This document shows positions 22,422 through 34,663 of a stretch of 64,000 nt of DNA, piece after piece. Origin of the DNA: Tricharina praecox. Taxonomy: Eukaryota. The DNA is taken from contig NW_026250422.1 of assembly GCF_024521635.1 (NCBI RefSeq), forward strand, positions 558,001 through 622,000, read 5' to 3'. Each line of letters begins with the position of its first letter. The stretch's first letter is position 1. The position numbers were made by a program, and so were the translations under genes. Under the pieces are notes generated by a model. It was not told where the DNA came from and ran no database searches. It saw only the letters and a list, made by a program, of their open reading frames with translations.

Positions 22422-24554
22422 TGTAGCCGACGACCAATGACCAGCAACCGACAGAAATTGAATCGAATCGCAACAAAGACAGAGCAGTTCCGGGGGGTGA
22501 AGATCCGGGGTTCGGCTGTGTGCGATTGTTGGGTTTCGAGATGTAGAAAAAAAACAGAAGAGTTGAGAGACGCGGGTATGGACTCCCTTTTAGATGTCAC
22601 CAAACGACAGGGGTTTCGTGGAAAGGGGAAGCGTGCCAAGCAACTTTTTAGGATTGAGGTTGGGATCGAACCAGGAGACGTGCTGCCGGAAGACCAACTC
22701 CCCCGTAAGTGGCGAGATTTCCGGACACAGCGATTCCGGCACCAACACCCTTTGCAATGGCCGCTAACGAAACAGCCGACCAGATCACCTGTTGTTGTCT
22801 TCTGTGGGTCTAGTTTTTTTCTTCTTCAAAAGGGGTTAACACCTGGTGGTATGTACCTGTTTCTGTGAAACATGGATCACCGGAGAGTTTCTAAGATGGC
22901 CGACCTAAGGTGACCGACCTAAGGCTTCCGTGATTCCCGCGCCCGCGCAAGAGTGCCCGTCCGACGGGATCGACTACACGGCGGACAAGCATCATTCGAT
23001 GAAGACTTCTACATAGGGCAGCCACAGAGAAGGACTTTGGACGATTCTAGTGCTCACGCCCATGACAGGATTGCCGATGCGCAGGCCTGTTTGTGGCGCA
23101 CACACGTAGCTATCGCCTGGCGAGGAAGCTCACTCGCGGGCCGCGGAGGAAAAGAGCACGACGCGCACATGAACTTATGTATGCACCACATCATGCGAAC
23201 GCGGTCTTCACCACACTTCCAGCATACTAGGATTGGTTACATGGTCCAGAGCTAGAACAAGGGGTTGCAGGTCAAAATTGCCCAGATCTGTGGCCTCATG
23301 GAGTTTGGTGATGGACCCAGGTACATACTCACCAGTTTAAAAAAGAAGAAGATTGGATCGCAGTATCCTTATGATATGAGCCAGGCGGATGAATGCTTAT
23401 ACTTGGACCCCAGCTCGAAAAGAAGCAAGTCAACGAACATCATAGCCTGTCACTCGGCCTCTCACTCATCCGCTCTTGTGTTGTAGGCCCTAATGTTCAA
23501 GCTCCGAGACCATTTCGCAGACGATCGGCGCAGCCACGCCATCCTAAACTCTTTCGCCACCACTGGTGTGGGCAGGCAGATTCCTGAGGTCACTGAAGAA
23601 GATGCAGCAAGTGAGGTATCCGAGTGGGAGCTAGGGGACAGGGAAGAAAGGCCGGCGGAGAGAGGAGGAGGAGGATGCTAAGGTCGAGGAACCGGGCTCA
23701 CTCCCGCTGTTCCTCCCCCATCCTCTTTCGCGGCATCTCCTGACGAAGAGGTAGGGGAGTGAGGTGCGGACTTTCCTTTTCCTAGCTTTATTTCAGTAGT
23801 GCGCACTACATGTTTCTTCTAGGAAAGTCTAGCGGGGGGCAGGGAAATCCACACCGGGCCGTCTGACGAAATTTGGGTTGGATAGTGGACAAGGAAACTG
23901 AGTGTGTATTGCCATCATCTGGAGAGGTAGGTCGAAAGCAATTGATGATTAAGCAAAAGGTCTGAAGTTGAGTGGCTGTTATATATACTCGAGCCTGAAT
24001 CCCACCGTTTACCTCTGGGTAACTATTCATCTCCACGAGTGATCATCGTCCTCTGGCAATTGCACCATAGCGTGAGCACGCTCCGCCTGTCTAGAGCGCT
24101 TCAGCACTCGCACATTGCAACATTCACTCGAGCACTACGCGGTCCCTGCCCCTAGATCAACCAGCATAGCAAAGAACATCAGTACAACAGAGATACGTCA
24201 GTAGTGTCTGTTAGGGAATTGCCCTGGGTCTCCGGCAGGCTAAGATGGACGGAAATACGGATGTAACGAGATTGGTAATACATGTGTGGAAAAGCGCTTC
24301 TAGGAGCGCTGATCGGACGGATTGGACTGTGTTTTGCAGTTCAAGTTGCGTACAATATATCCTGTTTGACGAGGTAACGAGATAGACGCTGACTGTAGGT
24401 GTGTAGAGATTGTTCTGCCGGTAACGTGTGCTACTCAGCCGGATACGTTTTCGATGACAGGCTCCGACCAAGCGTGGGGAGCTTGATGCGTAACTTGGGC
24501 AAGAAACCCAGTCCGCTACAACGGCTAATCGAGTGATTTATAGTGAGATACGTG

Positions 24555-24629
24555 GGGTGGAAATCGAAGGGTGGAGATCGAAGGGTGGAGATCGAAGGGT
24601 GGAGATCGAAGGGTGGATATCGAAGGGTA
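24555..24629 (+). repeat. 14-bp minisatellite (GGGTGGAGATCGAA), 5 copies plus a partial copy
   Basis: Seen directly; outer copies carry single substitutions. Confidence 0.92.
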
Positions 24630-24887
24630 GCCAAGAAATTGGCTTATTCCGTCTTCTACCCATCGACCTCGGCGCTCTCGAGACGGTGTCTGGAGAACAA
24701 CCTCTTAAACAACTCATCACATGTGTAATAGAGGTACACGTGAGGGCTCGTACAGAGTGCTGGGTTCAAGCGACTGGTACGTTGGCGGGGCCGTCAGCCG
24801 GGTAACACCATATTCTTGATTCACCCTCCATTTAATTAAACATTTTCGTCCATGACTCAATGCGACAACTTTAGCAGCCGCATCTAG

Positions 24888-27085
24888 ATGTCCCAACGCC
24901 GATGGCTCACCTGCGTCCTTGCACCTAACACCGTATTACTTTCACGAACGGCGGTCGCCCTTATCAGTCCGAATCTTCGCCTTCGCCGACCGGTCTTCGC
25001 TCGCAATTTCTCGTCTCAACTCAGCCAAAACACCCGGAGATTCCACTCAAGCCCCACCATGGGAAAGCGCACGCGCACTGTAACCCTGGAGCCGCTTCCA
25101 GAGAAACCGCTACCGGCGAGCTCAAAAGATGTTGTGGTAGACGGTAGCGAATATACCGCGATCACGGAGGGCCGTGCGACCGTTCTGTTCCCCAAGAGTA
25201 CGATAAAGCGGGACGAGAATGGCCGTGAAGTGGAGGTTAAGGGAGAGGTGTTCTACAACCCGATCCAACAATTCAATCGTGATTTGAGTGTTCTTGCAAT
25301 CAAAAATTTCGCGGAAATATATCTCGCTGAAAAGAAACCGAGGCATGGCAAGAAAGGCGCGAAGAAGCAACGGGTGGAGGTGATGGTGGAGAAGAGTGAA
25401 GGAGGTACGAATGTGGTTGGTTTGCGCAGTTGATGGTTGCCGGTAATAATTTATGACATAGACAAACCGACGAGTGAAGACAAGATCATGGAAGTACCGG
25501 CCACACACCCCGAAACTAAGCTTGCAACTCCAACCCCACCCAAGTTCACTATTCTCGATGCGCTTTCTGCCACCGGTTTACGGGCGCTGCGGTATACGCT
25601 TGAGCTTCCCATGGTCACTTCGGCCACTGCCAACGATCTCGACCCATCAGCTGTTGACTCGATCCGGAGGAACATCGAGTACAATAAGAAACATTCAACT
25701 ACGACGGATCCCGAAAAGATGTCTGCTGCGGACGCGGTCTCCAAGATCAAGCCCAGCCTGGGCAATGCTCAGCACCACATGTACTCGGTTCTCTCGCCAG
25801 CGCACGATAGCCTGTCACCTGGAGAATCTCAATCACACAGATATGAAGTCATTGACCTGGACCCGTACGGAACTGCCGCTATCTTCTTGGACGCCGCTGT
25901 CCAAGCAGTATCTAATGGTGGGCTGTTGTGCGTTACCTGCACAGATGCGGGCGTCTGGGCATCTACTGGTTACAGTGAGAAGTGCTACTCCCTATATGGC
26001 GGAACACCGGTGAAAGGCGAATGGTGTCATGAGGCTGGACTTCGTCTGATATTGCATTCCATTGCCACCGCCGCTGGAAAGTACGGCCTGTATATCGAAC
26101 CGTTGCTCAGCCTGAGCATCGACTTTTACGCCAGAGTTTGGGTGCGCATTAGGCAAGGGCCCGCGGAGGTGAAGAAATTGGCCAGTTCAACCATGATTGT
26201 CTACAACTGTGACTCGGGATGCGGATCCTGGGTGACACAGAGGTTGGGGAAGGCCAAGGAGAATACTAACAAGAACGGGAAAGGAACGTTCCTGAAGTTT
26301 GGCCTTGCAAGGGCGCCCACGGTTGGCGAGAATTGCGCTGAGTGCGGATCTGTGATGCATGTGAGCATCTCCCTACCTATAAAAGGACCATGACGGCGTG
26401 TTGACCAAGTCCTTTTAGCTCGGAGGTCCAATGTGGGCTGGTCCTTTACACTCCGCTGCCTTTGTAGAACGGTTCTTGTCGATCCTCCCACCTGCTGAAG
26501 ATTCTACGTATGGAACCATCCCGCGGATCATCGGTATGCTGCAGACGGCACTCCAGGAAATTCCCCTTGCCGACAGCCCCTTCTTCCACGTCCCATCCCT
26601 CTTGTCTAAAACCGTCCGCTGCGAAGCACCGCCTAATGCGGGGCTACGTGGTGCCCTTATTGGGTTGGGATACAAAGTCGCTCGCTCGCATTGCAAACCA
26701 AATTCAATCAAAACAAATGCTCCGCACAGCGTGGTCTGGCAAATCATGAAGAGATGGGTTGAGCAAAAGGCAGGCGATCGCAAGGAAAACGCTTTGAAAG
26801 AAGGAACTGCCGGGTTCAATATCATGCAGAAGCCCTTGGATGAAAGCCTGAACATCGTCTTCGACAAGGAGTTGGGTAAAGAGGAAGATAAGGCCAATGG
26901 TGTCGTGAGATATCAGGTCAATCCTACCGCAAATTGGGGTCCAATGGCGAGGGCGGGTCCATCCACCACCAAGCCATCACAAGCGGAGGATGAAGGCTCG
27001 GAAAGCAAGAAAAGGGTTAGGCCAACGATTGTTTGAGTGGGATGCGGCAGCGGCTAACATGTCTCAGAAGGTTGAATCAAGCTGA
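24888..27085 (+). CDS. TRM1: tRNA (guanine-26,N2,N2)-dimethyltransferase
   Basis: VFYNPIQQFNRDLSV, ILDALSATGLRALRY, IDLDPYG, GGLLCVTCTD, HEAGLR, PLLSLSIDFY, GPMWAGPL, RYQVNPTANWGP. Introns at about 25405-25461, 26361-26418 and 27016-27067. Confidence 0.95.
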
Positions 27086-27578
27086 AGTGGATCGTCCTCA
27101 CTGCGGGAGATGTTTGCATCAGAGCATATGTGGCTGGGTTCTTCTACAATCAATGGTGTTGGATGTTCGTAAACGCTTGTTGTGGCTCTATCCTGTAGCA
27201 AATAGTGGTATTACATGTCTTTTTGTTCATAATCTATCACTCGTGCTGCATACGTCAATTCAGCCGGCCATTCATGACGTCCATTCATAAGCCTGACTCA
27301 CTCGCCAGCCGCTGTAACCGTGCACAAGCCTATCTCCTCGCCTGATGATCTAAAGGAAGCGTAAAGTTGAATGCGTTTGTCGTTAGACCAATAGGCATAG
27401 CGTATTTCCAACGCTGGCGGCCTATCACGGCCGTCGTATTTGAAAGCATCCCAAATGGCACTTCACCATATAAACAGGCACGGCGCAACGTATTTTGTAT
27501 TGAAGTATCAAAGCATCCACTCTCATCACCATCGAATACTCCATCTTCAAACACTCAATCCATCACAAAATATCCGAT

Positions 27579-28044
27579 ATGTCGTCTCAACCTGCCACTT
27601 GTTGTCGTAAGGACGGTTCTCAGTGCAGCTGCGCTGAGCAGGCTAAGTGCTCGTGCGGAGCGCGTAAGGCGCTAGACTGCAATTGCCAGAAGGCGTCAGA
27701 AGAGAATGTCCTCAGCGGTCCTCGGTGCTCGTGCGGTAAGTCTTCGACCGTCGCGATTTTTCTTTTGATTTCCTTGTATCGAGTTATTTGCTGATTGCCA
27801 ATGATGTATGGTAGCGAAGCGACCAGCCCAGGAGTGCACTTGCGAGAGAGCCGCCGAGGAAAACAAAGTCTCAGGAGCCGCCTGTGAGTGTGGGAAGCGT
27901 CCCGCCGATGCCTGTAAGTCCCCGCCGATGCAGTCTGCGTCCTTCGCATCATGCTCATTCGTCCGTGGTAACGTAGGCACATGCGAGAAGAACCCCGCAC
28001 TTGGGCTGAGGGAAGGAGAGGTTGATTTCACGACGAAGGCATGA
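27579..28044 (+). CDS. Cys-rich Crd2-type metallothionein-like (copper resistance) protein, 107 aa
   Basis: Exons 27579-27735, 27815-27913, 27977-28044; 16 Cys in CC/CxC motifs; C-terminal E.DFT; TATAAA at about 27469. Confidence 0.8.
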
Positions 28045-28706
28045 GTTTGAGCGGGATGGGAATTGTAATTGGAATTTGGAACAGCATTCACTGGGTTGGA
28101 GCATGCGGAAGATGTATACTTTTATGTGTGGGATCACTACGGTATGAGCCGAGCTATACATGACGAACGAATTTGTTGTCACTCGAGTACTTTGAAGGAT
28201 CCAAGCTGTTGATACGTGTGGAAATGTGCGAACCATGCATCGCACGTGATCGTCATCGTGTACCCTGCGTACCTAGCACCAAGAGTGCTGTAATTAGTGT
28301 GCGTGCGGACTCCGCTCCCATCTGCTCTGCCGACTCTCCATCAGCTTACATACGACCTACATACACTCCCGCTTCAACACTTACGTACAGCAATTGCGTT
28401 CTCGACCTTCCACTGCCTCCTCAACGCGGCTCGGTATCCGGATACGTTCTCGGCATTCGCGCACTCCGTTCGTACGTGGCGACGTCCCTTTTCAACGCAC
28501 CTCCGCGTGGCCCATCCCCGAGCCGTACTCCAGCTTGCAATTTGACGCCGGTATGTTCCTCGGGAGTGTCACGGGAGTTCGTGACGCGTGGAGTGCTGAA
28601 GGATCATAGGACTGCACCGATAGATAGCCCGTGACCCCCTCCGAGAGCTTTCCAGAGCTACCGTCGTTGCTGCGCTCAGCTCGGCTACCCATCGGAAAGC
28701 GCTGTC

Positions 28707-31700
28707 ATGTCGTCCATGCGCGGTACGCACACACCAGCCTGTACTACTCGGCAATTCAAAGCCGGAGTAGCATTCCCAGGGGGCGGCAATTGATTTTGTG
28801 GTGTGGCTGCTTGTAGGGCTGGTTCAGTTCATCGCGGACTTGAGAAACGCGCGGGCACGAGAACTCGAGGAGAAGCGAATCAACAAAGAGCTGGCAAACA
28901 TACGGTTAGTTGCGCCCCACCATCGCATCATATGCTAGCGGAACTATACGCTGATATCTCCGAAGGCAAAAGTTCAAAGGCAATTACTTGGCAATTCCTT
29001 GAAATCCGGGGGTTACGATGGGCACTGACGCTATATTACTGAGAAGATGGCGGACTGAATGGTTACCATAAGAAAAAATACGTCTGCAAGGTACTTATCG
29101 TTATACGCCTCCTCCTGCTCTTCCTTCGAGTGCCGTCCTTACTCAACTCTCCGAATTGTAGCTTCTCTATATCTATATCCTGGGATGGAACGTCGATTTT
29201 GGCCACCTCGAAGCCGTGAATCTTGTCTCCGCGACGAAGTATTCGGAAAAACAAATTGGCTATCTCGCCGTCACTTTGTTTTTGAACGAGAAGCACGATT
29301 TCTTGCACCTGGTTGTCAACAGCATCAAGAAGGACCTGCTGGACAACAATGAGCTGAATAACTGCTTAGCCTTGCACGCCATCGCAAACGTAGGAGGGAG
29401 GGAGATGGGAGAAGCACTCAGTCCCGATGTTCATCGCCTGCTGATATCACCGTGCGTGATTCCCTACTGGCTAGCTTCGGCGAAGCTAATTGATGGTATA
29501 GGACGTCGAAATCGTTCGTCAAGAAGAAGGCTGCCCTGACGCTCCTCCGATTGTACCGCAAGTTCCCCGGTATCATCCAGAATGAGTGGGCGGAACGCAT
29601 AATCTCCATCATGGACGATCCCGACCTCGGTGTTGCATTATCGGTAACATCGCTGGTCATGGCTCTGGTGCAGGACAATCCCGAGGCGTACCAAACTAGC
29701 TATGTGAAAGCTGCCCATCGGCTGAAGCGCATTGTCGTTGATAACGAGTACACCCAAGACTATATATACTACAAGGTCCCTTGCCCATGGATTCAGGTTA
29801 AGCTACTAAGACTTCTCCAATACTATCCACCTTCAGGTACGGATTGTCTTGACATCCCGCGGGTTCATGCCGCTAACCCCATTGCTTGCTAGAGGACGTC
29901 AGCATCCAAAACATGATCCGGGAATCGTTACAAAATATCCTCGATACTGCGTCGGACACACCCAAAAATGTGCAACAGAATAATGCACAAAATGCTGTCT
30001 TGTTTGAGGCCATTAACTTGGCTATTCATCTGGACTCGGAGACCGGCCTGATGACCCAGATAGCCGTCCGACTTGGCCGATTCATCACTTCCCGGGAAAC
30101 CAACGTCAGATATCTGGGGCTGGAAGCCATGACGCATCTTGCCGCACGCTCGGAGACATTAGAGCCAATAAAGAAGCATCAGAATACTATCATTGGCTCA
30201 TTACGGGATCGCGACATCAGTGTTCGGAGGAAAGCCCTCGACCTGCTCTACAGCATGTGCGATCCTACGAACGCATCCGCAATCGTTGGAGAACTCCTCA
30301 AGTATCTGCAAGGTGCTGACTTCGCTATTCGGGAGGAGATGGTGCTGAAGATAGCTATCCTGACCGAGAAATATGCTACTGAATACCAATGGTATGTCGA
30401 CATTTCTCTTCGCCTCATCAGCATGGCTGGAGATCATGTGAGCGATGAGGTGTGGCAGCGAGTGATTCAGATCGTCACAAACAACGAGGAGCTCCAAGTA
30501 TATGCAGCGCAGAATATATTGCAACATCTCAAAGCTGCCCAGTGCCATGAAACACTGGTGAAGATTGGAGGGTACCTCTTGGGAGAATTTGGCCATCTCA
30601 TTGCAGACCATCCCGGATGCAGTCCCATCGAACAGTTTCTGGCGCTTCAGTCCAAGTTCAATGGATGTTCATCCATCACTAGAGCGATTTTACTCTCCTC
30701 CTTTGTAAAGTTCATCAACCTATTCCCGGAGATCAAGCCGCAACTCCTGCAAGTTTTCCGCGCCTATAGCCACACCCTAGATCCCGAGCTGCAACAACGA
30801 GCATGCGAATACCTCGCGCTTGCGACATTACCGACCGACGACCTGCTTCGGACGGTCTGTGACGAAATGCCGCCGTTTCCCGAGCGTGCATCGGCACTCT
30901 TGTCCAGATTGCACCAGAAGCATGCGGGAACCAGCGACAAACGCACTTGGGTCATAGGAGGCAAGGACGCGAACGTCGAGAAGAAGGAATTCAACCTCAC
31001 TCTGAACAGCGGCCTGAAACGGACGTTTACGAACGGAGCGGGCACCCCGACCAACGGCGGCATGTCCAGCCCCGTGAAGCCAAGTGCGTTGACTCCGACA
31101 CAGGAGCTCGCTGGTCTCGATCTCAATGGTGACACCGCCACCACCACCACTACCAAGAAGCCACCAGTGAACCTTGCCTCGGCGGCCCATCTGAGTCCCG
31201 ACTGGGAAGTTGGGTACAACCGCCTTCTGATCAGACCGGAAGGAGTTCTCTTCGAAGACGGACAGATACAAGTTGGGTTGCGGTCGGAATACCGGGCACA
31301 CATGGGCTGTATAATCCTTTACTACACCAACAAGTCCTCCGCTCCAATCGGCTCCTTCACCACCACCGTCAACAACAACTCTCCTGGCGCGCTGGTAGTA
31401 AACTGCTCCAACATCCCGGACACCAACGTCGCACCCGAGAGCCAGACGCAGCAAACGATCATGCTGGAAGCGCACAAGATCTTCTCCGAAGCGCCGACCA
31501 TCCGGATATCGTACCTCGCAGGGGCACTGCAAGCGCTCACGCTCAAGCTTCCGGTCGTGCCCACGAAGTTCATGGAGCCCGCCGCGCTCTCGGCAGAGGA
31601 CTTCTTCAAGCGCTGGAAGCAGATCGGTGGCGGCCCCCGGGAGTATCAGAAGGTGTTTGGGATTAGGATCAAGGGACACCGGATTGAGCCCCCGCGCACG

Positions 31701-32016
31701 CGACGGGTCATCGAGGGGTTCCGCTGGGGCGTGCTCGATGGCGTCGACTCTAATCCGAAGAACTTTGTCTGTGCCAGTGTACTGCATACCCTCGAGGGCG
31801 GGAAGTTTGGCTGTCTTTTGAGGGTCGAGCCAAATCTTGAGACTGGGGTGAGTCCCTTCCCCTCCTTTGTAAGGTGGATGGCATGCTGACTACTTGTGGG
31901 TGCAGATGTACCGTGTCACCGTCAGAGCAACGGACGAAGGAGTGCCTCCGATCTTGCTCAAGGTTATGGAGGGTCGTTTGGCATTGGGATCCCCGCCTCC
32001 TGACCACTTACGGTGA
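28707..32016 (+). CDS. APL3: AP-2 adaptor complex alpha subunit (alpha-adaptin)
   Basis: MSSMRG|LVQFIADLRNAR..INKELANIR|QKFK|DGGLNGYHKKKYVCK|..KVPCPWIQVKLLRLLQYY..ETNVRYLGLE..ELQQRACEY, followed by the appendage domain; multi-exon. Confidence 0.95.
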
Positions 32017-32417
32017 GGGGGGAGCGGGGGGGTTGTATGTGGGGGGGCGTAAAGTTACCTGCACTTTTTGTAATGTTCCAACACCCTTCTTTTCCTACTA
32101 TCTGTTTCTGTACGAGCTACCTACATTATGTAGCTGCTTCTCTTTTTCTCTCTCTGTCGAAGGCGGTACATCATTTCCTGGGTTGCCCTTCTTTCTTTCT
32201 CTTTTTGTGCGTAATGGATTCTTCTATTTAAGCTTTGAGAGAGTCCCGTACTCTGTATATCCCCACAAAGGGTTTGCTTGGGGGCTCATTGCATTGTATG
32301 ATACTTGTAATCCCGTCTGCTATGACGGAATTCTAGTACATATACCTCATCTTGGTTTCGTGATCACGACACAACCAACCTCTAAGCATTGTTCTATGAG
32401 AAAGCACAACAGCACGC

Positions 32418-33621
32418 CTAAGCCTTCTGTTCAGTGACCACATCCATCATAGCTTGAGCACCCTGCCTCGGCCGCCTTTCGCCAAAGATCGCCGTTCCGA
32501 CCCTACCGCTTCCTGTCAGCCTGTATCCCCCAACCACCACCACCACCACCAGCACCCAAGCCCAACCAGCCAAGCCAACGTACCTAACACTCGTCGCCCC
32601 CGCCGCAATAGCCTGTTCGAAGTCGCTGCTCATGCCCATACTCAGCTCGAGCTGCTCCTCGGGCAGCTTCAGACCTAGCTCCTCCTCAACACCCCGCGCC
32701 GTCGCCGCGAGCAGCACGAAGTCCTCGTTCTCCTCCGAGAACGCCCGCTGCGACCGCGCAATGCTCCCGATCGTCATCAGTCCCTGCAGCGTCAGGTGCG
32801 GGCACGCGGTGCGGATGTGCCGCGCGATACCGGCGGCGTCGGTGGGCGCGCAGCCGGATTTCGAGGATTCACCTGCACGGTCACGGTCACGGTCAGCGGG
32901 GGAGGGGGAGGGGGAGGTGGAGGGGTGCGGGGGGAGGGGCGGTACCGGAAGTGTTGACCTGCACGTAAACGCGCAGCTTACTGGTCTCTGGCTCCCGCGC
33001 CGTGAGCGCCTCCCGGCCCTTCTCCAGCGCATCGGCCTTCTTGCAGGTGTCCACGGACTCGACGGCCCATAGGTTATGGATCTCCTCGGCTAGCTTGCGG
33101 CACTTGTTGGTTTGCAGCTGGCCGATGAAGTGCCAGTCGATTTCGCGCGGGAGTTGCGCGGCTTTGTCGAGGAGCTCTGTTGAAATAAAGGTGTAAGAGG
33201 TGGATCAGGACGGGGGGAAGGGGAAGGGGAAGGGGAAGGGGAAGGGGATAGGGATGGGGAAGGGGATAGGGATGGGGAAGGACATGCCTTGAACATAGTT
33301 CTCGCCCATGTGGCGATGTCCCGTGGCAGTGTGCAGGGCGAGCACCTCCGCCGCGGGCTTCAGCTTCGAGACGGCTACTAGACGCACCTGCAGTCGGTAT
33401 CCGCAAGGAATGGATTAGCTTTCTTTTCTTTGGCTTGCTTCTTGCTTTGGCTCCCGACCGCGGACCGGCTGGACGGCTGGACGGACGGCTCATCTAGCTC
33501 GAGTGGGTGGGGTGGAGGAGTACGTACGCACCTGCCGGCTAGTAGGAACCGCGGAGACGCGGGAAATGATGGTGCGCAGGTTGTCGGCGAGCTTTTGGGT
33601 TCGGGCTTGGGTTGCTTGCAT
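32418..33621 (-). CDS. pyridoxal-phosphate homeostasis protein (PLPBP/PROSC/YggS; yeast YBL036C orthologue)
   Basis: VRLVAVSKLKP, GENYVQ|E, WHFIGQLQTNKC, VQVNTSG|ESSKSG, GLMTIG, LSMGMSSDFEQAI..G.T.VR|VGTAIFGER. Confidence 0.92.
33212..33281. repeat. purine-rich hexamer repeat (GGGGAA/GGGATA) within a PLPBP intron
   Basis: Seen directly. Confidence 0.85.
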
Positions 33622-34663
33622 TTTTGGGTTGGATTGATGGGTGGATTTGCTTCTAGATAGCAATTGTCGCGCACTGTCTAACCGTCTTCCTTCGTTCTTT
33701 GTGGGGGTACGGGGGTACGAGGGGGGGTGGAGATCTTCTAGAGTAATTTGAACTTGATTTCGCAGATGCAATGCGATATGCGAGGAGGCTGGGTTGGGAC
33801 CTGACGATCAATGCAGCGCACGGGGGGTGAGTTGCTCTAGGGAGATGCCCGATCGATGTCGTCACGACCGGCTATCCGAGCAGCCGGGTAAAACGCCGCT
33901 ACGGCCGCAGACGGTTAGACCTGGACTGAGTCCGCCGTTAGGAAAAAAAACGTGAAGGAGACAGGGCTCCTTGCTTCGCGTTTCACGCTAGGCCGCTTTG
34001 GAGACCAGGCTTGATATAAACATTGCTGCTTCCTGGTGCGAACATCCGTAGGGATCCTCACTATCCAGGGTTCCGAGAAAGATCTTCATCGCCAATCCAT
34101 GCCTCACGGTTAGGTTGCCTGGGTGCGAATGCGAGAAAGCACCCCTGTGGCTTGCAGTGTTGCAGGCTTGCTGCTTGGGATTTCCTGGCGACTTGTATAT
34201 AGTGGTAGTTAAACAATGGGATGCCCAGATTTATGAGATCCTCCGTTCTTTCGCATCAGTTGTGAACCCACACTCTTTCTTTCTACCTCTGTTGCTCGTT
34301 TCCGGGTTTCCTAGTCTCGACTTGACGTTTCTTCCTCGTGGTTATGTGGTGGTGATACATAAATGTAAGTGTTGACCTCCAGCTCACGCGGGATTGATGT
34401 CATGGCAGTCGCCCTGGTGGGAACCAGCAGGCTTCTCCCGATGTGGAAGTGAAAACAGTTGCTGATTGCAATCGTGAGAAGCAGAGACCTCAGCTCCACC
34501 CCGTCCTACATACATCAATCGACAATATCACAGTCTTTACTACACAAACCCATACCACACATACCATCCACAAACATACTACCACCGCGGGCCGGCCAGT
34601 TCAACAACAATCCAACCCCATCGACAGACATTCACCACCCAACTCAATTGACCGACCCATACA

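Noticed and set aside
22950..24540. Gene-free interval as a possible transposon relic
   Set aside because: No terminal repeats, target-site duplication or transposase/RT motifs visible.
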